The position numbers were made by a program, and so were the translations under genes. From assembly GCA_963682135.1 (NCBI GenBank), contig OY821645.1, positions 2,560,001 to 2,624,000 of the forward strand: a stretch of 64,000 nucleotides of DNA, in the 5' to 3' direction. Numbering within the stretch: position 1 is the first letter of the stretch; each line of letters starts with the position of its first letter. The notes beneath the pieces were generated by a model that was given only the letters and a program-made list of their open reading frames with translations, ran no database searches and was not told the origin of the DNA. The stretch is from Methanothrix sp. (lineage in GTDB: Archaea > Halobacteriota > Methanosarcinia > Methanotrichales > Methanotrichaceae). Positions 38,589 to 46,866 of the stretch are shown here, in pieces.

Positions 38589-38854
38589 GAATCATAGTCC
38601 TTCTCCCACATAGTCGCTCCATCATAAGTGATGCGCCGGATGCGGTGGAAGGGTATGAACTTGGTTTTATTCTCCCATTCAATCTCCATCCAGCCCTGCT
38701 CCAGATGGATGATTTTGTCTCCCCGGACAGCAGACCGATCGCCCGGAGCACCCCTATCGACAAATTCCACCTCCGCTTTGCCGAAATCAAACTGAGGATC
38801 ATGTCGCAAACGCAGGAGAAGGGCGTGGCTGGTTCTCATCGCTTGATCATCCAT
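38585..38854 (-). CDS. DUF504 (MJ1316-like) domain protein
   Basis: LRLRHDP, VDRGAP and IPFHRIRRI...WEK. Confidence 0.85.
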   Translation of the reverse strand: MDDQAMRTSHALLLRLRHDPQFDFGKAEVEFVDRGAPGDRSAVRGDKIIHLEQGWMEIEWENKTKFIPFHRIRRITYDGATMWEKDYDS

Positions 38855-38886
38855 TTTTACATCTGCCCTTTTACTTGCAGATGCCC

Positions 38887-39051
38887 CTATCCCACTCGCC
38901 AGGCTCCGTTCTTCAGGTCGGGATGAGGCAGACGTCCTTCATAGCCGCACATCTTGCAGCGCACTTTTACAGACACGCCGTCTTCGCTCCAAGCCTCGGC
39001 TACATAGCCGCATCTGGGACAGTTGCTGAGGAAACGAGTCATTGCCACCAT
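38887..39051 (-). CDS. Small CPxCG zinc-ribbon protein (54 aa)
   Basis: Not in the ORF track. MVAMTRFLSNCPRCGY...VRCKMCGYEG... has two CxxCG knuckles. Confidence 0.65.
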   Translation of the reverse strand: MVAMTRFLSNCPRCGYVAEAWSEDGVSVKVRCKMCGYEGRLPHPDLKNGAWRVG

Positions 39052-39113
39052 CAATAATTAAAAAGTTATGGGGTCGCACTTTGCGTTACCCCATACTTAC
39101 GTTGCTCTTGAGA

Positions 39114-39569
39114 TCAGCGCAATCGCTTCAGGGAGTTTGTAGCCATCTCTCTGATCAAGGATTCTGGGTCCGTTTTGGCAATCTTCTCAATCTTGGCCTT
39201 TAGGGCCGCCGATCCTGAGGCCGAAACAGCATTCAAAGTGATCTTGCGCACGCCGAAGTCCTTATCATCCAGCAAACGGTCCGTTAATTTGCTGGCCAAG
39301 GCCTCTGGCAAGTTCTTGATACTTGATGCAGCCGCCACACGAACTACAGGCTCGTCGCTTTTTGCAGCCGCCTCTAGAACGTCGGCTGATTTACTGCCTC
39401 CGATAAGACTGGCGAGATATGTCGCTTTTGAGGCGAGCATCACATCTTTTCCCTTAACAAGCTCCTGCAATAATGGAATGGCTTCCAGCCCAAGCTCTTT
39501 TGATGCCTTCTGGTATTCCGGCTCTTCGCGATCCAGATGGGCACGTACATCTTTCATGGTTATTGACAT
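39114..39569 (-). CDS. HEAT-repeat protein
   Basis: AIPLLQEL, DEPVVRVAAA, DKDFGVRK and DPESLIRE repeats. Confidence 0.82.
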   Translation of the reverse strand: MSITMKDVRAHLDREEPEYQKASKELGLEAIPLLQELVKGKDVMLASKATYLASLIGGSKSADVLEAAAKSDEPVVRVAAASSIKNLPEALASKLTDRLLDDKDFGVRKITLNAVSASGSAALKAKIEKIAKTDPESLIREMATNSLKRLR

Positions 39570-39579
39570 GATTAACCCC

Positions 39580-41061
39580 CTAATACTTAAACGTCAGACT
39601 GCTATTTTGCATCGTGCTGATCTCGGATGCAATGAGGTCAGGCGGAGGATTGGTGATATTGGCTGTACCGTTGCCTGTCATCAATCGATTGTTGTCATTG
39701 ACATGGGACAATCCCAGCACGTGACCCACTTCGTGCGCCATTGTCCACACAGTTGCATACTGAGCAACGGCCGCACCAGGCTTTCCTGCGGGATAGGCTG
39801 CACATCCATTATAAGGCGGCACAGTGGATCTCACGAAGTAGACCACGATATCTTTGGAGCCTGCGTTATTGCGATTGGCAAATAGCTGATTTTGCTCCGC
39901 TGTGGTCGATCCCATCATGCAGCCACCCACGTCCAGATCATCCAGGGCGGGAAAGTTCAGATGCTCCGTGGTGCCGCGCTCCACGCGAATGCCGGACATC
40001 ATATAGACCTGCTGCATGTTGTCCACCATTAAATCCAGGTTTGCATTGGGATTGGTCAGTATCTTGATATGCACCCTTATGCCCTTTAAAGTCTCATGAG
40101 CATCGGTCGCCGGGCTCCAGTAAATTGAGCCGTGCTGGAAATGATTAAACCGACAAACACTGGCGGGCGTTGATGTCTCATCGGTGACGGGATAGCCAAG
40201 AGCGCTCTTTTCCCATCCCAGGCTGGACCATCTGTCACGAATGCGACCGTGAACCTCATGAGGACCGGTTTGTGGCGTCCAGTATATCGACCCGCCCTGG
40301 AAGTGATTGTAACGGCCTACTTTATCCGGCGTTATCGACTCGTCGGTTAGCGGATAGCCCAGGAAGCTCTTTTCCCATCCCATGCCGGCCCATTTGCCGC
40401 GGATGTCGCCATGAACCTCATGAGCACCGGTTTGTGGTGTCCAGTATATCGATCCGCCCTGGAAGTGGTTGTACCGGCCTACTTTATCCGGCGTTACCGA
40501 CTCGTCGGTTAGTGGATAGCCCAGGAAGCTCTTTTCCCATCCCAGGCTGGACCATTTGCCGCGGATGTCGCCATGAACCTCATGAGCACCGGTTTGTGGT
40601 GTCCAGTATATCGATCCGCCCTGGAAGTGGTTGTACCGGCCTACTTTATCTGGCGTTACCGACTCATCGGTCAGCGGATAGCCCAGGAAGCTCTTCTCCC
40701 ATCCCAGGCTGGACCATTTGCCGCGGATGTCGCCATGAACCTCATGAGCACCGGTTTGTGGTGTCCAGTATATCGATCCGCCCTGGAAGTGGTTGTACCG
40801 GCCTACTTTATCCGGCGTTACCGACTCATCGGTTAGCGGATAGCCCAGGAAGCTCTTCTCCCATCCCAGGCTGGACCATTTGCCCCGGATGTCGCCATGA
40901 ATCTCATGAGCCCCGGACTGAGGCGACCAGTAAATAGATCCACTTTTGTAGTGTCTATAAGCGCCTATTCCGTCCGGCGTTTTTAGCTCCGGGCCTGTCG
41001 GTGCGCCCAAAAATCCTGAAGCTCCACCGAGAGCTGCATATTTCTTATCGATTTCGGTCAT
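39580..41061 (-). CDS. LGFP-repeat protein with C-terminal metzincin zinc-protease domain
   Basis: About six 54-aa LGFP repeats (LGYPLTDE...FQGGSIYW), HEVGHVLGLSH and Met-turn RLM. No signal peptide. Confidence 0.88.
   Translation of the reverse strand: MTEIDKKYAALGGASGFLGAPTGPELKTPDGIGAYRHYKSGSIYWSPQSGAHEIHGDIRGKWSSLGWEKSFLGYPLTDESVTPDKVGRYNHFQGGSIYWTPQTGAHEVHGDIRGKWSSLGWEKSFLGYPLTDESVTPDKVGRYNHFQGGSIYWTPQTGAHEVHGDIRGKWSSLGWEKSFLGYPLTDESVTPDKVGRYNHFQGGSIYWTPQTGAHEVHGDIRGKWAGMGWEKSFLGYPLTDESITPDKVGRYNHFQGGSIYWTPQTGPHEVHGRIRDRWSSLGWEKSALGYPVTDETSTPASVCRFNHFQHGSIYWSPATDAHETLKGIRVHIKILTNPNANLDLMVDNMQQVYMMSGIRVERGTTEHLNFPALDDLDVGGCMMGSTTAEQNQLFANRNNAGSKDIVVYFVRSTVPPYNGCAAYPAGKPGAAVAQYATVWTMAHEVGHVLGLSHVNDNNRLMTGNGTANITNPPPDLIASEISTMQNSSLTFKY
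40250..40910 (-). repeat. 162-bp near-identical tandem repeats encoding LGFP units
   Basis: About four nearly identical units, e.g. the GGATAGCCCAGGAAGCTCTT block recurring every 162 nt. Confidence 0.9.
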
Positions 41062-41340
41062 AAAATACCTCCTTACTTTCTTTGCAGGAGATCTCACACT
41101 GGATTTGCATTTGTGAATCTATCCGTAAATTAAAAAAATCCCCGATGCTCTTAAATTGTCTGTCTTTTCCAGTTTTCACCAGTAGTACGATGTTCATTAT
41201 TATAAATGATTTGGTCGCAATATATTATTATTACTAATGTATTATCTCTACAATATTTAGAATAAGTAATCATGGGTGGCAGCATAAATTCCTTAAGGCA
41301 TTACCTGATGAGGTAGGACCCAAATTTCAGACCACTGCGG

Positions 41341-41353
41341 GAAAGGTTAATAG
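41341..41353 (+). promoter_or_regulatory. BRE/TATA promoter of tRNA-Arg
   Basis: GAAAGGTTAATAG about 30 nt upstream of the tRNA 5' end. Confidence 0.55.
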
Positions 41354-41380
41354 CCTGGAAGCTTCCAAGACAGAAATATT

Positions 41381-41470
41381 GGGCTTGTAGGGTAGCGGAC
41401 ATCCTAGCGGGCTTCGGTGACCGTATGTCGAAGATACCCGCTGACCCGGGTTCGAGTCCCGGCGAGCCCG
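41381..41470 (+). tRNA. tRNA-Arg(UCG) with an 18-nt intron at 37/38 (41418-41435)
   Basis: Acceptor stem GGGCTTG/CGAGCCC, anticodon stem GCGGG/CCCGC, anticodon TCG at 41414-41416, T-loop GTTCGAGTC. Bulge-helix-bulge CTTC/GAAG with 3-nt bulges. CCA not encoded. Confidence 0.93.
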
Positions 41471-41596
41471 TTGCTTTTTTTTCTCTCAGTAATATGATCG
41501 AAAAATGCAAGAGTCAAACCTGGGAGATGAAAACGCCTGTGCCTGGAGATAAAAGAAAAAGCAAGGAACCTGCGCAAATATCCAAAAATATAGAGA

Positions 41597-43282
41597 TTAA
41601 GTTTGAATAGAAGCAACCTCCGTGGCATTGGCATCTATCGGCGCAATAATAGTAGCATTGGCATCTATCGGCACAATAAGAGTGGCATTGGCATCTATTG
41701 GCGCAATAATAGTAGCATTTGCATCCGGAACGACTACTTCCGTGATATTGACATCTGGAATGGCTACCACGGTAGTATCTGCTTCAGATACCTTCGCCAG
41801 GCCCTCATCTATTCTTGTGTACACTGTAGCATGATTGTTTGAGTTGTCTGGATCCACCTCAGCTCCGCACACATATGCGGTATTGGCTATCTGTCCCGGT
41901 TTTGCGTCTGGCCGGACCCGTACATTGAGTACCAGTCTCGCGCTGTGATATTTAGTCAAGTCGCCCAATTCCCAGACCACGGAATTCGAGTCGGATCTGC
42001 TCTGGCTGGCCGTTGTGGGACTCTGCGTCAATTCCGGAGGCAGGAAATCCTGTACTGTGACATCGGTTGCGCTGTCGGGTCCTCTGTTGGTCACAGTCAA
42101 CACATAATTGAATAACCCACCTATTGGTGCAGGATTTGATGTAGAACTAATGGTCAGAGCGAGATTGGATTTGCTCAAAGGCTTTTCAGGCACTACAACA
42201 ATAAGCACTGGCTTGGATATAGCAGTAGAATCCTTGCTGTCTATGGCTTTTACTACAATGTTATAGACACCTGGCTCTGTGTCCCAATCGTATCTATAGA
42301 TCGACTTGCTCTCCGTTGAGCTCCAGATCATCTGCGAATTTGCATAGAACTCAACACGTTTCAATGTATTGCTGTCAGTTACTTCCGCAGTAATTGTGAT
42401 AGTTTTCGGAACGGTGAAGATTTGGCCGGGAAGAGGACTGGTAATTCTCACCACAGGCTGGGAAGGATTGACGATTATCACAACTGGAAGAGACGGACAG
42501 CTATTTCCGTACTTAGCAGAGACCGCTCTTGCCGTCAGGACATGAGTTCCAACTTTGAAATCGGGAAATATCGTAACCGGACAGCATCCGCTGGCATCTT
42601 CGCAATTGCCTGACCCAATTTTCAGAGAAGAATCATAGAAATTGATCGACTGAACATCACCGGTAGATGTGGCGTGAACGGGTATGGTCACACTCGTCTG
42701 ATCGGGAAGAATTGAAAATACCTCCCCATTTCGCGGGCTGCGAATCACTGTAATCGGGGGATGAGGCAATGAAACCACATCAATTGAAACGGTGATATTT
42801 TTTTCTGGCCCCGATGCGCCGGATGCGCTAACAACAAATGAATCCTTGCCAGCAAAGCCGGATTCTGGCATATAGACTATATTGGGCGCATTTCCGCTGA
42901 TGTTTCCATGAAGAGGCAGGCTGATAATATTATAGCTGATCAGATTATTGTCAATATCATTAGCAAAAAGCTCAATGATCTTGGCAGAATCATTCCTTGC
43001 TACAATATCCTGAATCTCCGGCGAAGCCGATTGATTCTGGAAATCAAAGGCAATCATCGCAGCATCAATTTCATTTGGGCTGACTAGATCACCTTGGACT
43101 CCCTCAGATACCTGGGTGAGAGCTGCCCCGTCGTTAGTCTGCAGACTCCACAGAGGTTTGCAGTTTTGGTCGGCATCGCTGCATGGCTCCTGGCCGCTGG
43201 ATGCGGCAGTCAAAAGCAGAACAACGAGCAACGTCATCTTGAACATTGCCCATGGAATAGGAAATTTCCACCCCTTGTACAT
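41597..43282 (-). CDS. Secreted Ig-like (Big) and DUF11 domain surface protein
   Basis: Signal peptide, Ig repeats (VRITSP..GQ.F, VEFYAN) and DUF11 (YVLTVTNRGPDSATDV...DPDNSNN). Confidence 0.8.
   Translation of the reverse strand: MYKGWKFPIPWAMFKMTLLVVLLLTAASSGQEPCSDADQNCKPLWSLQTNDGAALTQVSEGVQGDLVSPNEIDAAMIAFDFQNQSASPEIQDIVARNDSAKIIELFANDIDNNLISYNIISLPLHGNISGNAPNIVYMPESGFAGKDSFVVSASGASGPEKNITVSIDVVSLPHPPITVIRSPRNGEVFSILPDQTSVTIPVHATSTGDVQSINFYDSSLKIGSGNCEDASGCCPVTIFPDFKVGTHVLTARAVSAKYGNSCPSLPVVIIVNPSQPVVRITSPLPGQIFTVPKTITITAEVTDSNTLKRVEFYANSQMIWSSTESKSIYRYDWDTEPGVYNIVVKAIDSKDSTAISKPVLIVVVPEKPLSKSNLALTISSTSNPAPIGGLFNYVLTVTNRGPDSATDVTVQDFLPPELTQSPTTASQSRSDSNSVVWELGDLTKYHSARLVLNVRVRPDAKPGQIANTAYVCGAEVDPDNSNNHATVYTRIDEGLAKVSEADTTVVAIPDVNITEVVVPDANATIIAPIDANATLIVPIDANATIIAPIDANATEVASIQT
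41620..41770 (-). repeat. 30-bp tandem repeat encoding (I/L)I(A/V)PIDANAT
   Basis: GCATTGGCATCTAT.GG unit repeats every 30 nt, with three good and two degenerate copies. Confidence 0.8.
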
Positions 43283-43508
43283 AATAAATCCCCTTATTTC
43301 TATTTCCATTATGTGATGGATCTTGGCGAGTGCTGATATAAATAACTTTGGTTGAAAATTTATTTTATATTATGCAAAATTCAATAGCAAAGGAAATCAT
43401 GAAAAAGATAATTTATTAAGAATTTAACTAACCTGAAAAAAGATAGACCGCAATGCCGCTCCGGGCAGCACGCATTGGAGTGCAGCTATTGCAGATGGAA
43501 ATCCGAAT

Positions 43509-44546
43509 TCACATTTTTTCGTACTTCAGCGCGAGTCCTTCTCCCTTCCAGTCGAAGACGGGAACGCTCCTTCGCGGATAGCCCGATTCTCGCAGAGCCT
43601 GCACCACCAGAGGTACGGTGATAGTGGCATCGGAAAAGACCTGCACTTTGCTGGCCTCCTTCTTGACCTTGCCCCAAGAGACCGCCTCCTCGAAGGTGCA
43701 GCCTGACAGGCCTCCCCAGTGGGGTGCGTCCGTGGTATACTGAATGGCATAGCTGTGGCCTCCCGAATAATCGCCTATCAATTCAGCTATGACCTCCGTC
43801 TGCTGGATGAAGTTCTTGGGAACGCCTCCGCCGATATAAATCACACCCGTCTGAGCTGACTTTTCCACCATCTGGGTGATCTCGTCCACATCCTTGATTC
43901 CATCGACCATGACGCTATGTCCCTCGCGCATAGCCATGACCATGCCTATTCCCCAGGAGCTGTCTCCGAAGGCCGGCACGAAGATGGGGACGTTTGCTTT
44001 ATGAGCCGCGCCGAGGATGGTGGTATCGGGCAGGTCCTTTCCCACCATGTACATCAATTCGCGTGATGAGTAGCGTCGGGTCGGGTCCAGCCTCTTCACA
44101 AAGTCGGATATGTGATTGTCGGCCTTGTGCAGCTCGATCTCCGATACGAAGACGTCGTAGATTCTGTCGATCTTGCATTCATTGAGATAGGCATCATCTG
44201 CGCAGGCGCTCCCCTGGTAATGAACGATGCCCAGTCCCTCGCACAGGTCGTGAAATAAGTTGGCTCCCGTGCTTACCAGGCAATCCACCTTTCTTTCCCG
44301 CAGGAGGTAGGCAATGAACTCTCCTAAACCTGCAGGCACCATGGCACCGGCGAGACCCAAGAAAATAGTAACATCCTCATCCAGCATGCGCTTCCAGACA
44401 CTTAAAGATGTGCCGAGCTGGCCTCCCTGAAAGCCCATTTTACCCATGTCCGCCACCAGATCGGCAACACCCCTCTCTTTCATGGGTATTGTCGTCCTTA
44501 TCTTCTCGCCTTTGCAGATAAAATCATGACCGTGACCGTGATCCAT
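43509..44546 (-). CDS. Deoxyhypusine synthase-family protein (possibly homospermidine-forming paralog)
   Basis: GLAGAM, STGAN, IDRIYD, IGGGVPKNF, GGLSGCTFEEAVSWGK and DATI. Confidence 0.88.
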   Translation of the reverse strand: MDHGHGHDFICKGEKIRTTIPMKERGVADLVADMGKMGFQGGQLGTSLSVWKRMLDEDVTIFLGLAGAMVPAGLGEFIAYLLRERKVDCLVSTGANLFHDLCEGLGIVHYQGSACADDAYLNECKIDRIYDVFVSEIELHKADNHISDFVKRLDPTRRYSSRELMYMVGKDLPDTTILGAAHKANVPIFVPAFGDSSWGIGMVMAMREGHSVMVDGIKDVDEITQMVEKSAQTGVIYIGGGVPKNFIQQTEVIAELIGDYSGGHSYAIQYTTDAPHWGGLSGCTFEEAVSWGKVKKEASKVQVFSDATITVPLVVQALRESGYPRRSVPVFDWKGEGLALKYEKM

Positions 44547-44787
44547 TTCATCCCTCAAGATTACTTCTCATCATTCCCTCGGTCTGGATACGTCTTAAAG
44601 ATTGTCCATCGCATCAAGCTTTATATACCAAAAAGCACTCCTTAGCAAACTTCGATGCGATTAGCCCTGTTTTCATGGGGGGGTGAGGAATCATTATGTT
44701 ATTCAATGATGGTTTTGATCGGTGCGGGGGAGCGAAGGATGATGAGGGCCGAGGATTGGGAAGTTTTCATGGGGAAGGCTGAGTGAC

Positions 44788-46737
44788 ATGTGGAAAGCTG
44801 AAGATTCTTTGGAGCTCTACGGGATAGAGAATTGGGGCAATGGCTATTTTTCAGTTAATGATTCAGGAAATATTATCATATTACCAAAAAAAGACCCTAC
44901 GAAGTCTGTGGATATTATGGACCTCATCGAGGAGATCGAAAGATCAAGTGACCTCGAATTTCCCGTGCTCCTGCGCTTCCCCCAGATCCTGGAAGATAGG
45001 ATCAATGAGATCACCGGCGCTTTTTTAGGCTCTATAGCCGAATTCTCCTACAAAGGCACCTATCAGCCCATCTTCCCCATGAAGGTCAATCAGAGGAAAG
45101 AGGTAATCGAGTACATAATCAAATATGGAGCCCGGCACGGGATCGGCCTGGAGGTGGGAACCAAGGCGGAGCTTCTGGCAGCGTTATCCCTGGGCCTGCC
45201 CCGCGAGGCTCTGCTCATCTGCAACGGCTACAAGGACGAGGACTATCTGCGCCTCGCTCTGAGTATACACAATGTAAATAATATAGTAATTGTTGTAGAC
45301 CTTTTTGAGGAGATTTTTGATATTCTGAAGTATGCCGAGCAGATGGGCATCACCCCTCGTGTGGGCATGAGAGTCAAGCTCTTTGCCCGTGGCTCCGGTC
45401 GCTGGGTGGAATCGGGCGGCGAGTCAGCCAAGTTCGGTCTGTCCACCAGCGAGGCCCTGGAATTGATGAAGATACTGCGAGAAAAAGGGATCATAGACAG
45501 TCTGAAGATGATTCATTTTCATATTGGCTCGCAGATCACAGATATCAGGACCATCAAGAATGCCATGAATGAAGCGGCTCGCATCTACGCCAAGGTGCGC
45601 AAGATGGCTAATATCGAGTACCTGAACGTGGGAGGCGGTCTTTCTGTGGACTATAACGGCTCCAACACGGCAACTCCCTCCAGCGCCAACTACACTCTGC
45701 GCGAGTATGCCAATGATGTTGTCTACACCGTGCAGAAGATCTGTGATGACGAGGATGTCCCATGTCCTGCAATCGTCTCTGAGAGCGGCAGAGCTATCGC
45801 AGCCTATCACAGCTTGCTCATCTTCAAGATCATAGGCAAAAAGAATGCCAAAGACTCGCTTCTACGCACACCCAAAGAGGAGGACCCCATCCAGATCGAC
45901 GATCTGTGCAGCGCTTTTAAGGAGATCAATATTGACAACTACAAGGAGCACTATCACGATGCATTGCAGTATCGTGATGAGCTTTACGACTCTTTTAACC
46001 TGGGCAATATTGGTCTTGAAGAGCGAGCCAAAGGCGAGAACCTCTTCTGGATGGTCTGCAAGAAGGCCGCGCTCCTCGCCAAGCAGGCCGAGGATGAGTC
46101 GGATGAGTTTCAAGAGCTGAAGAAGCTGGTCAGCCAGAAGTACATAGGCAACTTCTCACTCTTTCAGTCTGTGCCGGATATGTGGGGTGTGGAGCAGATC
46201 TTTCCCACCATCCCCTTGCATCGCTTAAATGAGATGCCCTGCGAGAGGGGTAGGATTGTGGATATCACCTGCGACTCCGATGGCGAGATCAAGCGCTACG
46301 CCGGGGACAGTGAGGGCCTGGAGTACCTGGATATGCATACCCTCCGAGAGAATGAGGACTATTATCTGGGCATCTTCCTCCTGGGCGCTTACCAGGACAC
46401 CCTGGGTGACTTTCATAACCTTTTAGGCTGCGCTCATGAGGTGCACGTCATGGCTGACGGCGACGATTGGTACATCTGCCAGAAGGTGGAGGGCGATACC
46501 TGCCGAAAGCTCCTGGACTTCTTTAACTATGAGACCAAAGACTACATCTGGGAGATTATGGATCGCTGCGTGGACAAGCATTTGTGCATCCCAAAGAGAG
46601 AGCTGGAGCAGATTGAATCACAACTGAACAGGGCGCTTAAGGGATACACTTACTTCATCACCAAGCCTAATGGCCACGCCAAGCCCAGCGGTCAAGCCAA
46701 TGGCAAGGAAACGGACAGGACTTGTCGTCCAGGTTAA
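44788..46737 (+). CDS. speA: Biosynthetic arginine decarboxylase (bacterial type, fold III PLP)
   Basis: LYGIENWG.GYF, PMKVNQ, CNGYKD, HFHIGSQI, ESGRA, NFSLFQS.PD.W, DITCDSDG and GAYQ. Confidence 0.93.
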   Translation: MWKAEDSLELYGIENWGNGYFSVNDSGNIIILPKKDPTKSVDIMDLIEEIERSSDLEFPVLLRFPQILEDRINEITGAFLGSIAEFSYKGTYQPIFPMKVNQRKEVIEYIIKYGARHGIGLEVGTKAELLAALSLGLPREALLICNGYKDEDYLRLALSIHNVNNIVIVVDLFEEIFDILKYAEQMGITPRVGMRVKLFARGSGRWVESGGESAKFGLSTSEALELMKILREKGIIDSLKMIHFHIGSQITDIRTIKNAMNEAARIYAKVRKMANIEYLNVGGGLSVDYNGSNTATPSSANYTLREYANDVVYTVQKICDDEDVPCPAIVSESGRAIAAYHSLLIFKIIGKKNAKDSLLRTPKEEDPIQIDDLCSAFKEINIDNYKEHYHDALQYRDELYDSFNLGNIGLEERAKGENLFWMVCKKAALLAKQAEDESDEFQELKKLVSQKYIGNFSLFQSVPDMWGVEQIFPTIPLHRLNEMPCERGRIVDITCDSDGEIKRYAGDSEGLEYLDMHTLRENEDYYLGIFLLGAYQDTLGDFHNLLGCAHEVHVMADGDDWYICQKVEGDTCRKLLDFFNYETKDYIWEIMDRCVDKHLCIPKRELEQIESQLNRALKGYTYFITKPNGHAKPSGQANGKETDRTCRPG

Positions 46738-46866
46738 CTCATATATTGGCGAGATGAGTTGGGGCTCTGCTTACCTATAATTTTTTGCGACTGGCATGAT
46801 ATCTTGACGGAAAGTTTATTACAATATTGTCACCAATCTATATCGAATAATCGGAGAATTGCGAAC

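Noticed and set aside
40250-40910. Regular repeats as a possible CRISPR array
   Set aside because: Units are 162 bp, contiguous, in frame and without unique spacers, so they are LGFP coding repeats.
41441-43500. Integrative element at the tRNA-Arg 3' end
   Set aside because: No integrase and no duplicated tRNA 3' end (att site) could be found by eye.
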